Shown here: positions 63,883 through 64,000 of the stretch, in pieces
How positions within the stretch are numbered: position 1 is the stretch's first letter
How the letters are laid out: every line of letters begins with the position of its first letter
Assembly: GCA_002633005.1 (NCBI GenBank)
Contig: NMRA01000107.1
Coordinates: 663,169 to 727,168, forward strand
From: Phoronis australis
Lineage: Eukaryota > Animalia > Phoronida
Direction: 5' to 3'
DNA: 64,000 nt
The notes under the pieces: generated by a model
What the model was told of the DNA's origin: nothing
Seen by the model: the letters and a program-made list of their open reading frames with translations, nothing else
Database searches by the model: none
Program-made: the position numbers and the translations under genes

Positions 63883-64000
63883 CGCACCCTCACGACATTG
63901 GTTGCAATCTGACACAACACGTACGCCGTCTCACAAAGAGGAAAGTTCCAATTGGTCATTCAATTTCTCCTCGGATGGGGTTATTCCACTTTTCAATCAG
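63883..64000. repeat. Dispersed duplicated segment, copy 2
   Basis: Aligns by eye to 25172-25287 in the same orientation; runs off the window edge. Confidence 0.9.

Overview
Intron-rich invertebrate metazoan genomic DNA (no prokaryotic features; species not determinable from sequence). Three protein-coding loci. (1) The 5' part of a laminin alpha-3/5 (LanA-type) gene on the minus strand: ATG at 21733, 25 exons traced by hand with GT-AG junctions and consistent phases, running off the left edge. (2) An intronless, divergent protein kinase-like ORF at 31103-32239 (+). (3) A complete 15-exon secreted M12B (ADAM/ADAMTS-like) metalloprotease on the minus strand, 57649-33525, about 639 aa, with signal peptide, prodomain, HELGHNLGARHD zinc motif, Cys-rich region, Thr-rich linker and two PLAC-like modules but no TSP1 repeat. 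Non-coding DNA holds many non-autonomous TIR elements (3, 5 and about 8 bp TSDs), an L1/Tx1-like LINE relic, a tRNA-derived SINE-like head, minisatellites, a 148-N gap and two duplications joined by a single N (probable assembly artefacts). The most unusual observations are four tandem duplications seeded from laminin exon-intron junctions (two young ones create intact poison acceptors; older ones have mostly lost the splice dinucleotide), a GC-rich array of about 55 bp double-hairpin units at 24.6-25.2 kb, an in-frame extension past the kinase TGA, and a candidate alternative signal-peptide exon for the protease.
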